Positions 18,507 to 28,481 of a DNA stretch of 64,000 nt are shown piece after piece. This DNA is from Nitrospinaceae bacterium (lineage in GTDB: Bacteria > Nitrospinota > Nitrospinia > Nitrospinales > Nitrospinaceae): assembly GCA_965223665.1 (NCBI GenBank), contig OZ245011.1, positions 3,872,001-3,936,000 of the forward strand. Direction: 5' to 3'. The notes under the pieces are model-generated. The model was not told where the DNA came from and ran no database searches. It saw only the letters and a list, made by a program, of their open reading frames with translations. The translations under genes and the position numbers were made by a program. Positions within the stretch are counted from its first letter, which is position 1, and every line of letters starts with the position of its first letter.

Positions 18507-20735
18507 ATGAAAAAGTGGTGGTTGAATCCCTTAACAATTTCTGTATTCATCACTTTAATTTCCTTATCCATTTATAGATTAGACTTTTTCTTTTTTCGCT
18601 TACTTGAGTTAAAAGCTTATGACTTTCTTATGTCCACACGCGGAGTCCAACCCGTTTCGGATAAAGTAGTCATAATTTCGATTGATGAAAAAAGTTTAAA
18701 GCAAGAAGGACGATGGCCATGGCCAAGAACGCGATTAGCAAAGCTGGTTGATCGTTTGGTAGAAAACAATGTTTCTGTAATTGGGATCGATCTTCTATTT
18801 CCTGAAAAGGATGATCATGTTTCCTATAATGAATTTCTATCCAATTTAAAAAGTCAAAAGTTTAAACGGAAGGATGCGGATGAAATAATTGATTGGGTTG
18901 TTAATTTAGAACATGCGGATCAACAGTTTGAAACATCATTAGAACAATCAAATCGTGCCGTGTTAAGTTATTTCGTATATTCTTCTAAAGAACAGGCCGG
19001 GAACCACGTATTGCCCCTAAGTACAAAAGATTTTAACTTGTTGGATTTTTCCCAGTACCCTTTGGTGAAAAAAGAAAAAAATAGTGATCCTTCAGCTTAT
19101 CTAAGATCCATTTATGCTGTTGGAATGTCTTTACCAATTCTGATGAAAGCAGCGAATAGCGCAGGTTTTGTTTCTTTCATCCCGGAGCATGATGGGGTAA
19201 TCCGAAGAATTCCACTAATTCAGATCTATAAAGATTATCTGTTTCCTCCATTTAGCCTTCAAGTAATAAAAGAAGCTACCAGTTTGAATTTATTTGCTCA
19301 TCTTCTCCCGCAAAGGGTAGGAGAAATTTCATTAGGGGGAAGGTTAATTCCCGTATCCGAGGAAGGAGATTTTTTAATAAATTTCTTTGGTCCCAATAAA
19401 ACATTTTCTCATTATTCAGCTACTGACGTTTTACAAAAAAAAATCAATCCCAATAATTTAAAAAATAAAATTGTATTAATTGGTGCGACAGCCACCGCAA
19501 TTCATGATTTGCATACCACTCCTTTTGGCCCCTTAATGCCAGGAGTCGAGGTCCATGCTAATGTTATTGAGAATATTTTATTTGATAAATTTATTCGAAG
19601 ACCTGCTTGGGTTCCTTTGTTTGATGCCGCGATGATTTTAGCACCAGGGTTATTAATTGGCGCTTTTGCCTTATCCCTAAAAGCATTTGGAACAGCCGTT
19701 CTCTTAATTTTTGGTTTAATTGGTTTTTGCACCCTGGATTTTTATCTGTTTTGGATGGAAGGACTATGGGTTAATACTGTATACCCTATTTTTTCACAGT
19801 TATTTGTTTATTTTGGGATCACTTTGTATCGCTTCGCTTTTGAAGAAAAAGAAAAGCGATTTATAAAGGAAGCTTTTAGTCAATACCTTGCGCCTACGGT
19901 AGTTGATCGTCTTGTAAAAGACCCTTCCTTATTAAAGCTAGGTGGAGAGCGGCGGATCATCTCTGCATTTTTTTCGGATATTGCTGGGTTTTCGAGTATT
20001 TCTGAAAGGATGTCCCCTGAAGATTTGGTGGATTTATTAAATTTATATTTAACTGAAATGACACAAGTATTAATGAAGCAGGAAGGTACAGTTGATAAGT
20101 TTGAGGGAGACGCCATTATTGCCTTTTTTGGAGCTCCGATTTCTTATAAGGATCATGCCAAACGGGCCTGTTGGGCCGCATTGGAAATGCAAGGTCGTTT
20201 GAATGAACTTCGAAAACGTTGGAAGGAGGAAGGTAAACCTGAGCTTTTTATGCGAATTGGAATCAATACTGGCACTGTTGTTGTAGGGAATTTAGGATCT
20301 AAAAGTCGCATGGATTATACAATGATGGGGGATTCAGTTAATCTTGCTTCTCGACTTGAAGGAGTAAACAAACAATACCATACAGAAATTATTATTAGTC
20401 AATTTACATATGAAGAAGCCAAAAACCATATACAGGTTCGGCAGTTGGACTTAATTCGTGTGATCGGTAAACAGCAGCCCATAAAAATTTATGAGTTATT
20501 AGGGAAAAAAGATGAAATGAAAGAAAGTATAAGAAAAATTCTTCCATTTTATAATGAAGGATTGCGTCATTATCAAAACCAAAATTGGGAGGAAGGAATT
20601 GAATGTTTTGAGAAAGCGCTTAATATCGATGAAGACGATGGTCCTGCATTAACCTACTTCGAAAGATGTTTAACATTTCAAATGCATCCACCACCAAAAA
20701 ATTGGGATGGTGTGTTTACTATGCGAAATAAATAG
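18507..20735 (+). CDS. CHASE2-domain class III adenylate cyclase with C-terminal TPR-like module
   Basis: IDEKSL...GRWPWPR, DGVIRR, KIVLIG, TPFG.MPGVEVHA (CHASE2); 3 TM; FSDIAGF, DKFEGD, RIGINTG, DYT.MGDSVNLASRLE (ATP-specifying Lys/Asp). Confidence 0.93.
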   Translation: MKKWWLNPLTISVFITLISLSIYRLDFFFFRLLELKAYDFLMSTRGVQPVSDKVVIISIDEKSLKQEGRWPWPRTRLAKLVDRLVENNVSVIGIDLLFPEKDDHVSYNEFLSNLKSQKFKRKDADEIIDWVVNLEHADQQFETSLEQSNRAVLSYFVYSSKEQAGNHVLPLSTKDFNLLDFSQYPLVKKEKNSDPSAYLRSIYAVGMSLPILMKAANSAGFVSFIPEHDGVIRRIPLIQIYKDYLFPPFSLQVIKEATSLNLFAHLLPQRVGEISLGGRLIPVSEEGDFLINFFGPNKTFSHYSATDVLQKKINPNNLKNKIVLIGATATAIHDLHTTPFGPLMPGVEVHANVIENILFDKFIRRPAWVPLFDAAMILAPGLLIGAFALSLKAFGTAVLLIFGLIGFCTLDFYLFWMEGLWVNTVYPIFSQLFVYFGITLYRFAFEEKEKRFIKEAFSQYLAPTVVDRLVKDPSLLKLGGERRIISAFFSDIAGFSSISERMSPEDLVDLLNLYLTEMTQVLMKQEGTVDKFEGDAIIAFFGAPISYKDHAKRACWAALEMQGRLNELRKRWKEEGKPELFMRIGINTGTVVVGNLGSKSRMDYTMMGDSVNLASRLEGVNKQYHTEIIISQFTYEEAKNHIQVRQLDLIRVIGKQQPIKIYELLGKKDEMKESIRKILPFYNEGLRHYQNQNWEEGIECFEKALNIDEDDGPALTYFERCLTFQMHPPPKNWDGVFTMRNK

Positions 20736-20746
20736 GGAGAGATTAT

Positions 20747-21118
20747 TTGTTTTTTGGTGAATATTTGGTGCAGCAAAAAATTATAAGCGAGAAGGATTTA
20801 GCTTTTGTATTAGATACTTTAGGGCAAAATAATAAGGTTCCTTTAGGACAATTAGCCGTTCAAAACGGTTGGCTAAGCCGAAAGGAGTTATTTAAAATTC
20901 TATCTGGGCAAAGAAAAGATAAAGATGTTAAGAAGAATTTTGGGACGCTTGCAATTGAATTAGGTTTTATGAATCAAACCCAAATTGATAACTTATTAAA
21001 AATGCAAGCTCAATCTCATCAGATGCTTGGGGAATATTTGCTTTCCAAAGAACTAATTAATAGAAAGAAATTAATTCAGTCTTTGCGTGCCTATAGATTA
21101 TTTTTGAATAACTTATGA
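20747..21118 (+). CDS. Small protein with four MshEN-like helical repeats
   Basis: FGEYLVQQKII, LGQLAVQNGWL, FGTLAIELGFM, LGEYLLSKELI repeats; GGGAG SD before the TTG start. Confidence 0.7.
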   Translation: MFFGEYLVQQKIISEKDLAFVLDTLGQNNKVPLGQLAVQNGWLSRKELFKILSGQRKDKDVKKNFGTLAIELGFMNQTQIDNLLKMQAQSHQMLGEYLLSKELINRKKLIQSLRAYRLFLNNL

Positions 21119-21220
21119 TCTTCTTTTGTGGAAGTTTATTAGACATGTATAATAAGTCTCTAATTATTTTATAGCTCGGTTATTTGGCAATAACTTCATT
21201 CAATTGGAAATATATAGATT

Positions 21221-21697
21221 ATGAAAAATAAAAAACAAGTTGGGAAAGCTCTAGGGAAGGTGCCTAGTGGATTATTTATTGTAACTACTGCGTATAAAGA
21301 TCAAGAAGATGCCGTATTGGCAAGTTGGGTTAATCAAACCTCATTTAATCCTCCAGCTGTAACCATTGCTTTAGCCATTACGCGTTCAGCACGATTGCAA
21401 ATTGAAGCATCCAATGCTTTTATCATAAACATTTTGGGTAAAGAATCTAGTGCCCTTATGAAACATTTTTTCCAACCCCCCAAACCTGGAACTTCAATTT
21501 TTAAGGGGCTGAAAGTAAAGAAGGGTTTTCAGGAAATAAAGGTTTTGAATGAATGTATTGGGTATTTGGAATGTAAAGTAATCAATCAAACTATTGCAGG
21601 AGACCATGTGGTATATGTGGGAGAAATTGTTGGAGGAAATATCTTAAAAGGGGGGGATCCTTATGTGCACATTAGGGATAATGGATTTAACTATTAA
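21221..21697 (+). CDS. Flavin reductase-like protein
   Basis: ALG..PSGL.IVT, ASWV.Q.SF.PP, LEC, AGDH....GE. Confidence 0.88.
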   Translation: MKNKKQVGKALGKVPSGLFIVTTAYKDQEDAVLASWVNQTSFNPPAVTIALAITRSARLQIEASNAFIINILGKESSALMKHFFQPPKPGTSIFKGLKVKKGFQEIKVLNECIGYLECKVINQTIAGDHVVYVGEIVGGNILKGGDPYVHIRDNGFNY

Positions 21698-21705
21698 ATA
21701 ATGAA

Positions 21706-21972
21706 TTAATTCAAGCCAAGCATTTTGGGGAGGTCTGTACGGGTAAAAACCCAATATAGCAGCAAGCTAATAAAGGCTACTCCCCCAATAGTGCTCGCTA
21801 CCATTATTGCCATTCGTTTGGGATTTGCTTGTGCAAAATCCTTCATATCCCCCGCTAAGCTTCCAATGACGTTTTCATCCGGGCGTTTACGGAAGGTTTT
21901 ATCTATAGCATCTTTACCATAGATGATTCCAAAAATTATGAGAACGATTAATATTTCAATTGCGCCTATCAT
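21706..21972 (-). CDS. Hypothetical membrane protein (2 TM)
   Basis: Hydrophobic N- and C-terminal helices; overlaps the stop of the upstream gene. Confidence 0.65.
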   Translation of the reverse strand: MIGAIEILIVLIIFGIIYGKDAIDKTFRKRPDENVIGSLAGDMKDFAQANPKRMAIMVASTIGGVAFISLLLYWVFTRTDLPKMLGLN

Positions 21973-24469
21973 ATCTTAAAACATTTGCCATAGAAATTTT
22001 AGATGGAACTATATAAACTCCGGGTTCGTTGGAGGTCATTTTTTTTGGAGTATCCATTTTTGATCCACTGAGGGCGCAACGAAATCCATAATCATCCATT
22101 TGTGTTTCAGGATAACTGTTGTTTCGAAAGGAGGCGTATATGAGAGAACGCAAATCTCTCCATGACCCTCCCTTGAGTACCTTAAATTCACCCCCAATTT
22201 GTCCCTTTGGATTTATATATTGAGTTTCATCCTTATAATACTCTCGATCATACCAATCGTCTACCCATTCTTTTACATTCCCTAGTAAATGGAAAACTCC
22301 GTAAAGACTTTGACCCTTGGGCATTGTATCCACAGGTACCATGACCCGATGTTTTAAATCATCAGTCCAAGTTTGAAGATATCTAGCAAGCTGAGGGCTG
22401 ATAGGGTCCGATCCCCAAGGAAATAAGCGACCATCAGTACTTCGGGCGGCTTTTTCCCACTCTGCTTCGGTAGGTAGTCTTTTACCTTTCCAACGACAAT
22501 AAGCATCTGCTCCATACCAACTCACATTATTTATGGGATATTTATCAAAACCCTTTCTAGGTTTAAAAACCGAATTATAAATTAATATCCCATATTGGCT
22601 GTCTTTATAAAATTTTTTATGATCTTTAGTTTGATTTAAAAAATCAGAATAATCTTTTGCTGTCACTTCATATTTATCAATGTAATAGGAGTCCAAGAAA
22701 ACCTTATGTTCGGGAAATTCGTCATCCCCATGATGCTGGGCTCCCATAATAAAAAACCCTTTGGGAACAAGAACCATGTCTTTAAAAGTTAATTTTTTTT
22801 CCTCAGACTTAAGCAATGATTTAGCCCTATCAATAAATGGTCCATTAGAATCCTTATTTATATATTTTTCTAAATAAGGTTGAGCTTTGTGAAAGTTATT
22901 ACTGCGTATTAAAATCCAACCTAAATAAAAAAGAAGGTCTTTTCGTTGTGGATATTTCCCCATTGCCTCTTGTAGGTCAAATACTATAGAGTCAATGGTT
23001 TTGGAATCTTTTGAATCCAAAGACTGTTGATACCATTTTTCTGCAGTGGAATAATCTTTTTTTATCACATTGTAAAAACCAAGGTTCATATAAGCTAATG
23101 ATAAGAAGCCTTTTGATTTTGATTTTTCAAGTCCTTTTTTTGTCCAATCTATTGCGGTATCTATACTGCCCATTTGATAATGTGTCCAACCCAACTGGAT
23201 ATACATTTGTAGCATGTGGGGAAGTTTTTCAATCAAAAACTCATATTGAATAATGGCATTATCATAATCTTTCAATCGATAATGGGCCTCCGCAATTCTT
23301 TCATTTACTTCAATTCTCTGAGGAAACATTTTTTGAACCTTTTGAAATTGATTTAAGGCCAGGTCATATTGTTTCATTTCTAAATAAAGGGTACCTACAT
23401 TTAAATGAGGAACAAAGTCCTGTGGTTGTAACTCTGTCATTACTGTTGTATGTAGAAGCGCGCTAATATATTTTTTCTGATCCATAAAAAGTCGAGCAAG
23501 CATCTCGTGAACTCTAGGAAAACCGGGATTGATTTGAGCTACTTGTAAAAATGATTGAATTGCCTTTTCTTTTTTGCCGGAATCTGAATAAGCTACTCCC
23601 AGGTTGTATAAAGTAGAAAAATTATTTGGGTCTACTTTTAAAGCTTTTTCATATTGTTCAATAGACTTAACAAAATTTTTTGTGTCTGAATACATGTTCC
23701 CAAGGTTATTAAGGGTGTCTATTGAAAGGGGATTGATTTTAGCGGCAAGTTCCATGTAGAAAAATGCTTTTTCCATTTTTCTGATTTTGTAATATGTGAT
23801 TCCTACATTTGAAAAATAAGCACCCAAAGTTTGTTTTTTATTAAGGTTTTTTAAATAATATAGAGAGTTGGGAGAAGGAGAAAATCGGTTCTTGTAAAAA
23901 ATATCCTGATAGATTGTTCCTTTAGCCGTCGTTTCAATATTTATTTTTTTACCACCGGATTCGTAGCGGACGAAAAAATGATTGGGCAAAGGGACACCAT
24001 ATATAGGCAAGTTTAATTTTTCTGCGATGATTAAATATAGTAAAGATAAATTCATACAATATCCGCGTTTGTTTTGTAAGAGCCCATGAAGAAAAAGCTC
24101 TTCTGGGTTTAGGGGAAACCCTTGCGGATCTGTAAAAGGTGTGTAATCAAACCCCCATTTAAGATGGATTACTTTTTTCAGGGCATCAATAATCTCTTCC
24201 GGAGAATTTTTTTCAGTTATAGCAACTTGAGCATCTTTAACAATCTCATCAATTAATTTTTTTAAACTTTCTAAATCTATATTGGGTTGCCAATCTTGTG
24301 ATATTAAAAATAAAATCTCTGTTAGCTCGATTTTATCGTTTGAAAGTTGCAACAGGCTTTCAATGTTTTCTTTGGAAGAGTTGTTGGGGAAATTTTGTCC
24401 TGAGGAATAGGAAAACAAGGACAACCATAAGACAAACAATAACAATAAAGTTTTATTATGAAATTTCAA
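21956..24469 (-). CDS. Exported multidomain protein: transglutaminase-like (SirB1-type) + TPR array + FGE/SUMF1-like domain
   Basis: Signal peptide; KRGYC..LS.LY..IA..L.LP.YGV..P.HFFVR; about 8-9 TPRs; IDKYEVT, VSW..A.AYC.W.GKRLPTEAEWEKAAR, GNV.EW..DW, KGGSW, GFRC. Confidence 0.87.
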   Translation of the reverse strand: MKFHNKTLLLLFVLWLSLFSYSSGQNFPNNSSKENIESLLQLSNDKIELTEILFLISQDWQPNIDLESLKKLIDEIVKDAQVAITEKNSPEEIIDALKKVIHLKWGFDYTPFTDPQGFPLNPEELFLHGLLQNKRGYCMNLSLLYLIIAEKLNLPIYGVPLPNHFFVRYESGGKKINIETTAKGTIYQDIFYKNRFSPSPNSLYYLKNLNKKQTLGAYFSNVGITYYKIRKMEKAFFYMELAAKINPLSIDTLNNLGNMYSDTKNFVKSIEQYEKALKVDPNNFSTLYNLGVAYSDSGKKEKAIQSFLQVAQINPGFPRVHEMLARLFMDQKKYISALLHTTVMTELQPQDFVPHLNVGTLYLEMKQYDLALNQFQKVQKMFPQRIEVNERIAEAHYRLKDYDNAIIQYEFLIEKLPHMLQMYIQLGWTHYQMGSIDTAIDWTKKGLEKSKSKGFLSLAYMNLGFYNVIKKDYSTAEKWYQQSLDSKDSKTIDSIVFDLQEAMGKYPQRKDLLFYLGWILIRSNNFHKAQPYLEKYINKDSNGPFIDRAKSLLKSEEKKLTFKDMVLVPKGFFIMGAQHHGDDEFPEHKVFLDSYYIDKYEVTAKDYSDFLNQTKDHKKFYKDSQYGILIYNSVFKPRKGFDKYPINNVSWYGADAYCRWKGKRLPTEAEWEKAARSTDGRLFPWGSDPISPQLARYLQTWTDDLKHRVMVPVDTMPKGQSLYGVFHLLGNVKEWVDDWYDREYYKDETQYINPKGQIGGEFKVLKGGSWRDLRSLIYASFRNNSYPETQMDDYGFRCALSGSKMDTPKKMTSNEPGVYIVPSKISMANVLRYDRRN

Positions 24470-24544
24470 ACTGGAACCTCTGAAAAGGTAGTCGTTAGTG
24501 TTAGTTTGAAAGTATTATATCAAAAACCTAATTGTAGAGGGGGG

Positions 24545-26689
24545 TCAATCCTTGCGTAAAATCCAGCCTTCAAAAAACAGCATAGATGCCAAAATTATAA
24601 AAAATGAAGTAGTAAGTGGAGTGCCCTCAGAAGTGTTTGGAGAACCAATGTCAGTATCTTTCTGAAAATCTATTCGAGTGCCAGGAAGCAATTCTTTGAT
24701 TCTTTTAGGGGATATCTTGCCGGGAATGGATTCTTGGATATCTACATTAACCACGAAATTACCAACGCTTTCTGCATTTTTCGGTAACGACTTTAAAATA
24801 GTTGGAGTTCCATTCGTCCGGGCATCTGATTGGGAATTTTCGGGAGTTTGGAAAATCTGATAGTTTCCCGGGTACCAAGTTTCTTTAAATACGGGTGTTG
24901 TGTTTTTTTCAATTTGAAATATTTTTTTATTTGGAGAAAGGATTAATATAGTTTTTTGGTTTTCTTCAATTGTTACGGTATCTCCAATTTTTAGAGATGG
25001 TCGAGAAATGGTGTCCAGACTTTTCGAAGCATATTTTACCCACCGCTGAATCCATGGAAGAAATGTGGGCTGTATGGGGAAGTTATTCCAGTCTCGGTCC
25101 AGGGTTGAAACGAAAAGAAATACCTTACCTTCACCAAAATTGGATTCGATTAATGCCGGAAATTTGTTAGAGAAACGCATTGGCGTTATATATTTTCTTC
25201 CTTCACGTTTCTGAATACTGTAAATAGTTTGAAAATTTATTTGACTCATTTCTTCCAAAGTTTTTTTATTAAAAACTTTTAGAACATTATGTTTGTAAGG
25301 TTTTTGCTCTAGGCGAAAAGGCTTATTGTTTGGGCTCACTTGATTAACGGATTGCAAGGTTACAGGTAAAAGAATTCCCAATTTTTCATTATAAAAACGA
25401 GCATTGATCTGGTCACCTAATGAAATAAATAATGCGCCCCCTCTATGCACAAACTCTTCTAATTTTTGTTCATATCCAAAGGGTAAATTTCGAACATTAC
25501 ATAAGACCACCATTGAAAATCGTTTGAGATTAAAATTAGATAATTCTGCCAAGGTCGAAATAATGGGTTCAATATCGGAAACAGCCGTAGTAAATGGATT
25601 TAGAGCTTTTTCAATATAAAATGTTTCATTCTGATGGGATACGCCTCGTGGATCTCCATCCACGACTAAGACGCGAATTTTGTGCTGAGGTCTGTAAAAA
25701 AAATTACGGCGATTGTCAACGTTTAGTGCATCGTTTTGGATTTCAACATGTCCAGAAATGGGCTGGGTACCTAAATAGGGAAAAGTAAACTCTTTTTCTA
25801 CGGAAGCTCCTGCGGGAATGTCAGTGAATATTTCCTTTTCAAGTTTTCCCTGGAGAATTAAAGCAATACGGATTTGTTGGAGGGATTGATCCGTTAGTAA
25901 ATTTTTAACTTTAGGTTTGACGCGAATGATTCGGCTGTTAGTTAAATATTCCTGGCTTATAGATACACTTTGAACAAGAGCTTTGTTCAAGTTGGTTTGA
26001 TGCTCTGAAACGTCAATAATTTTTATGTGTATGTCTAAAGCACCCTCCATGGTAGAAAAATTTTTGGATTTCCAGCCATTGTTGTCTCTATCTGTAAAAA
26101 TGATAATTTCTTTATTTTCCTGCTCTGCTAAGTCTAATAAATCTTTGGCTTTAGTAAACGCAGATCCTATGTCTGTAGTCTGATAACTCGGTTGGACGGT
26201 TTCAAGAAATTTTAAGATTGACTTGGTCCCTTGAGACCAACCGACTGCAACTTTTGTGGGATGAGAAGCCAGGACTAGGCTTAATTGGGTATCAGATGAA
26301 ATTTTTTCTAAAAACCGAGATAAAGCTGATTTGGAATAATGAAAGAGACTTTGGTCTCCTGCTTGTGTTCTCAAGCTATAAGAGTCATCAAGTATCAGGA
26401 CGAGGGCAGAAGGGCGATTAGGCAATAATTTGCTGGTTTCTGTAAGAGAAAAAATAGGATTTGCCAATGCAAAGCACAAAGCCGTAATTCCTAAACACCT
26501 TATTATTAAAAGTAGCAATCTATTGGGACGAGACCTTTTTACAGAACGTTTTTGAGCTTGTTGTAATAGATGTACAGCAGAAAATTTTATATGAGTTTGA
26601 TGTCTTCTGGTCAGTAAATGTATGAGAATGGGAATGGAAATTCCAAAGAGTCCCATTAAAAACAAGGGAGAAAGAAAATTTAAACTCAT
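24545..26689 (-). CDS. BatA-domain / vWA-like membrane-anchored protein
   Basis: FLSP.FL.GL....PILIHL BatA N-terminus, LDDSYS MIDAS-like motif, FTD, DNRR, C-terminal TM. Confidence 0.83.
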   Translation of the reverse strand: MSLNFLSPLFLMGLFGISIPILIHLLTRRHQTHIKFSAVHLLQQAQKRSVKRSRPNRLLLLIIRCLGITALCFALANPIFSLTETSKLLPNRPSALVLILDDSYSLRTQAGDQSLFHYSKSALSRFLEKISSDTQLSLVLASHPTKVAVGWSQGTKSILKFLETVQPSYQTTDIGSAFTKAKDLLDLAEQENKEIIIFTDRDNNGWKSKNFSTMEGALDIHIKIIDVSEHQTNLNKALVQSVSISQEYLTNSRIIRVKPKVKNLLTDQSLQQIRIALILQGKLEKEIFTDIPAGASVEKEFTFPYLGTQPISGHVEIQNDALNVDNRRNFFYRPQHKIRVLVVDGDPRGVSHQNETFYIEKALNPFTTAVSDIEPIISTLAELSNFNLKRFSMVVLCNVRNLPFGYEQKLEEFVHRGGALFISLGDQINARFYNEKLGILLPVTLQSVNQVSPNNKPFRLEQKPYKHNVLKVFNKKTLEEMSQINFQTIYSIQKREGRKYITPMRFSNKFPALIESNFGEGKVFLFVSTLDRDWNNFPIQPTFLPWIQRWVKYASKSLDTISRPSLKIGDTVTIEENQKTILILSPNKKIFQIEKNTTPVFKETWYPGNYQIFQTPENSQSDARTNGTPTILKSLPKNAESVGNFVVNVDIQESIPGKISPKRIKELLPGTRIDFQKDTDIGSPNTSEGTPLTTSFFIILASMLFFEGWILRKD

Positions 26690-27600
26690 AATTTTTGTAA
26701 ACTCTTTCGGCGCAGTAAGTAATATTTCAGTGCTTGCTCAAGAGAACTTGAAGTATCTAAAAATAAATAATCAATTCCTAAAGAGGGGCAATTTTTTTTA
26801 AAACTGGAAATTTGCTCCCGGATGACTTCTTTATAAGCTTTCCTTACATCCGCTGGGTCTAGTCCTATAGTCGGATCATTCTCCAGAGATTCAAAAACAA
26901 TGTCTCCTTCAAAAGGTAAATTGACTTCGTCAGGGTGTAAAATATGAAATAAAATTACCTCTAATCCTCGAGAACAAATAAGTTTTAAAGTTTTTAATAT
27001 ACTCTTATCTTTTGTTAATAAATCAGAAATCAAAATAAACAGACCACGTCCATGTAAACCTTCTAAAAGATCACTAATTACAGGGCTCAATTGGGTAATG
27101 CCCTGAAATTTTATTTCTTGTAAACCATGTAAAATATGCTGGAAATGTGAAGGTTTTGATCGGGGAGGTATATGGCTTGTTACTTTTTCATTAAATGTGG
27201 TTAAACCTACAGCGTCAAATTGTTTTAATAATAAATAAGACATTGCTGCAGCTAAAGTACAAGCATATTCCCTTTTGTCCAGAGCGGTGGACCTTTGGTT
27301 AGGAGATCTATAGTTCATCGAACCGCTGGTATCTAATAAAATTGTGCACTTTAAATTTGTTGATTGTTCAAATTGTTTTACATGGTATTTATCCGTTTTC
27401 CCAAAGGCTTTCCAATCGATGTGACGGATATCGTCCCCTGGGGAATAATCTTTATATTCTGCAAACTCAACACTTGATCCTTTATGTGGGCTTCGATGGT
27501 GGCCAGATAATAACCCTTCCACCAAATTAATTGCCCTAAGGCTTAGTGAGGAAATTTCGGATAAAGTGTCTGATTGATGAGTAGTTTTGGGTTCTGCCAT
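26686..27600 (-). CDS. DUF58 family vWA-like protein
   Basis: G.HRS..KG.SVEFAEY..Y.PGDDIRHIDWK, LDTSGSM, ISD. Confidence 0.92.
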   Translation of the reverse strand: MAEPKTTHQSDTLSEISSLSLRAINLVEGLLSGHHRSPHKGSSVEFAEYKDYSPGDDIRHIDWKAFGKTDKYHVKQFEQSTNLKCTILLDTSGSMNYRSPNQRSTALDKREYACTLAAAMSYLLLKQFDAVGLTTFNEKVTSHIPPRSKPSHFQHILHGLQEIKFQGITQLSPVISDLLEGLHGRGLFILISDLLTKDKSILKTLKLICSRGLEVILFHILHPDEVNLPFEGDIVFESLENDPTIGLDPADVRKAYKEVIREQISSFKKNCPSLGIDYLFLDTSSSLEQALKYYLLRRKSLQKL

Positions 27601-27716
27601 GATTCTTAGGATAAAGGGATCATTAGAATTTGTACCTACATTTTATTATTATTTGATGGCCAATCAACCTAACTTTGAAAGAAAATGGTCAATATAATAA
27701 TTTATTTTTCTGCGAG

Positions 27717-27744
27717 TTGACTTTGTTTGGAAGCTAGATACAAT
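27717..27744 (+). promoter_or_regulatory. Candidate sigma-70 promoter for the LRR gene
   Basis: TTGACT-N16-TACAAT. Confidence 0.5.
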
Positions 27745-27884
27745 GCATTGGATGTAAATCAATCATGGTTTTTGGGTTTTTTTTTAAGATTTAAATTTTT
27801 TTTAAGTATTTTGGAAATAATAGCAAAAAGACATTTTAATAACTAAATTATGGAAAAACAAAGTTTAAGGATACCAGGTGATTT

Positions 27885-28457
27885 ATGAAGAGGCCATTTA
27901 ATGACGAGCCAATTGAAACTTTGATTAAAAAAGTTTTATCAAAAGATGGCGCAAGGCTCGACCTCCGGTTAAAATATATAGGTGATAAAGGTTTGGAATA
28001 TTTAGCTAATTTGGAAGAATTGAAAAATTTAAAAGAATTAAATTTGGAGCGAAATGATATTACGGATGTTGGAATTCGTTCCTTATCGGAATCTCCCTTT
28101 ATTAGACATTTAAGTATTCTTCATCTAGAAAGAAATGAGATTGGTGATGAGGGAATGAGGATGATTGCAAATTCTAATAACTTCTCTCATTTAAATTATC
28201 TAAATTTGTGGAAAAATAATGTGGGATCTGAAGGAGCGAAAGCATTGGCAGATTCATTGATTTTGTCAAGTTTAGAAATTTTAGATTTGGCGCAAAATCA
28301 TATTGGGGACGAAGGCGCAAAATTTCTTTCTGAAACATTGACTCTTTCTGGATTAAATTATTTGGACGTTTTTGGAAATGGTATCACAGAAGAGGGGCAA
28401 AAAGTTTTAAAGGAATCAGAGGCGTTTAAAAACACTCAGGATATTATTTTGACATAA
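27885..28457 (+). CDS. Leucine-rich repeat protein (ribonuclease-inhibitor-like ~28-aa repeats)
   Basis: Repeated L..L.L..N.IGDEG...LA motif, about 6 copies. Confidence 0.88.
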   Translation: MKRPFNDEPIETLIKKVLSKDGARLDLRLKYIGDKGLEYLANLEELKNLKELNLERNDITDVGIRSLSESPFIRHLSILHLERNEIGDEGMRMIANSNNFSHLNYLNLWKNNVGSEGAKALADSLILSSLEILDLAQNHIGDEGAKFLSETLTLSGLNYLDVFGNGITEEGQKVLKESEAFKNTQDIILT

Positions 28458-28481
28458 CGGGTAGGTTAGGAGGATGGTTCA

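Noticed and set aside
21706-21972. TatA-like N-terminus (IGAIEILIVLII.G)
   Set aside because: Lacks the FG..KLP hinge/amphipathic pattern, has a second TM, and no tatC is nearby
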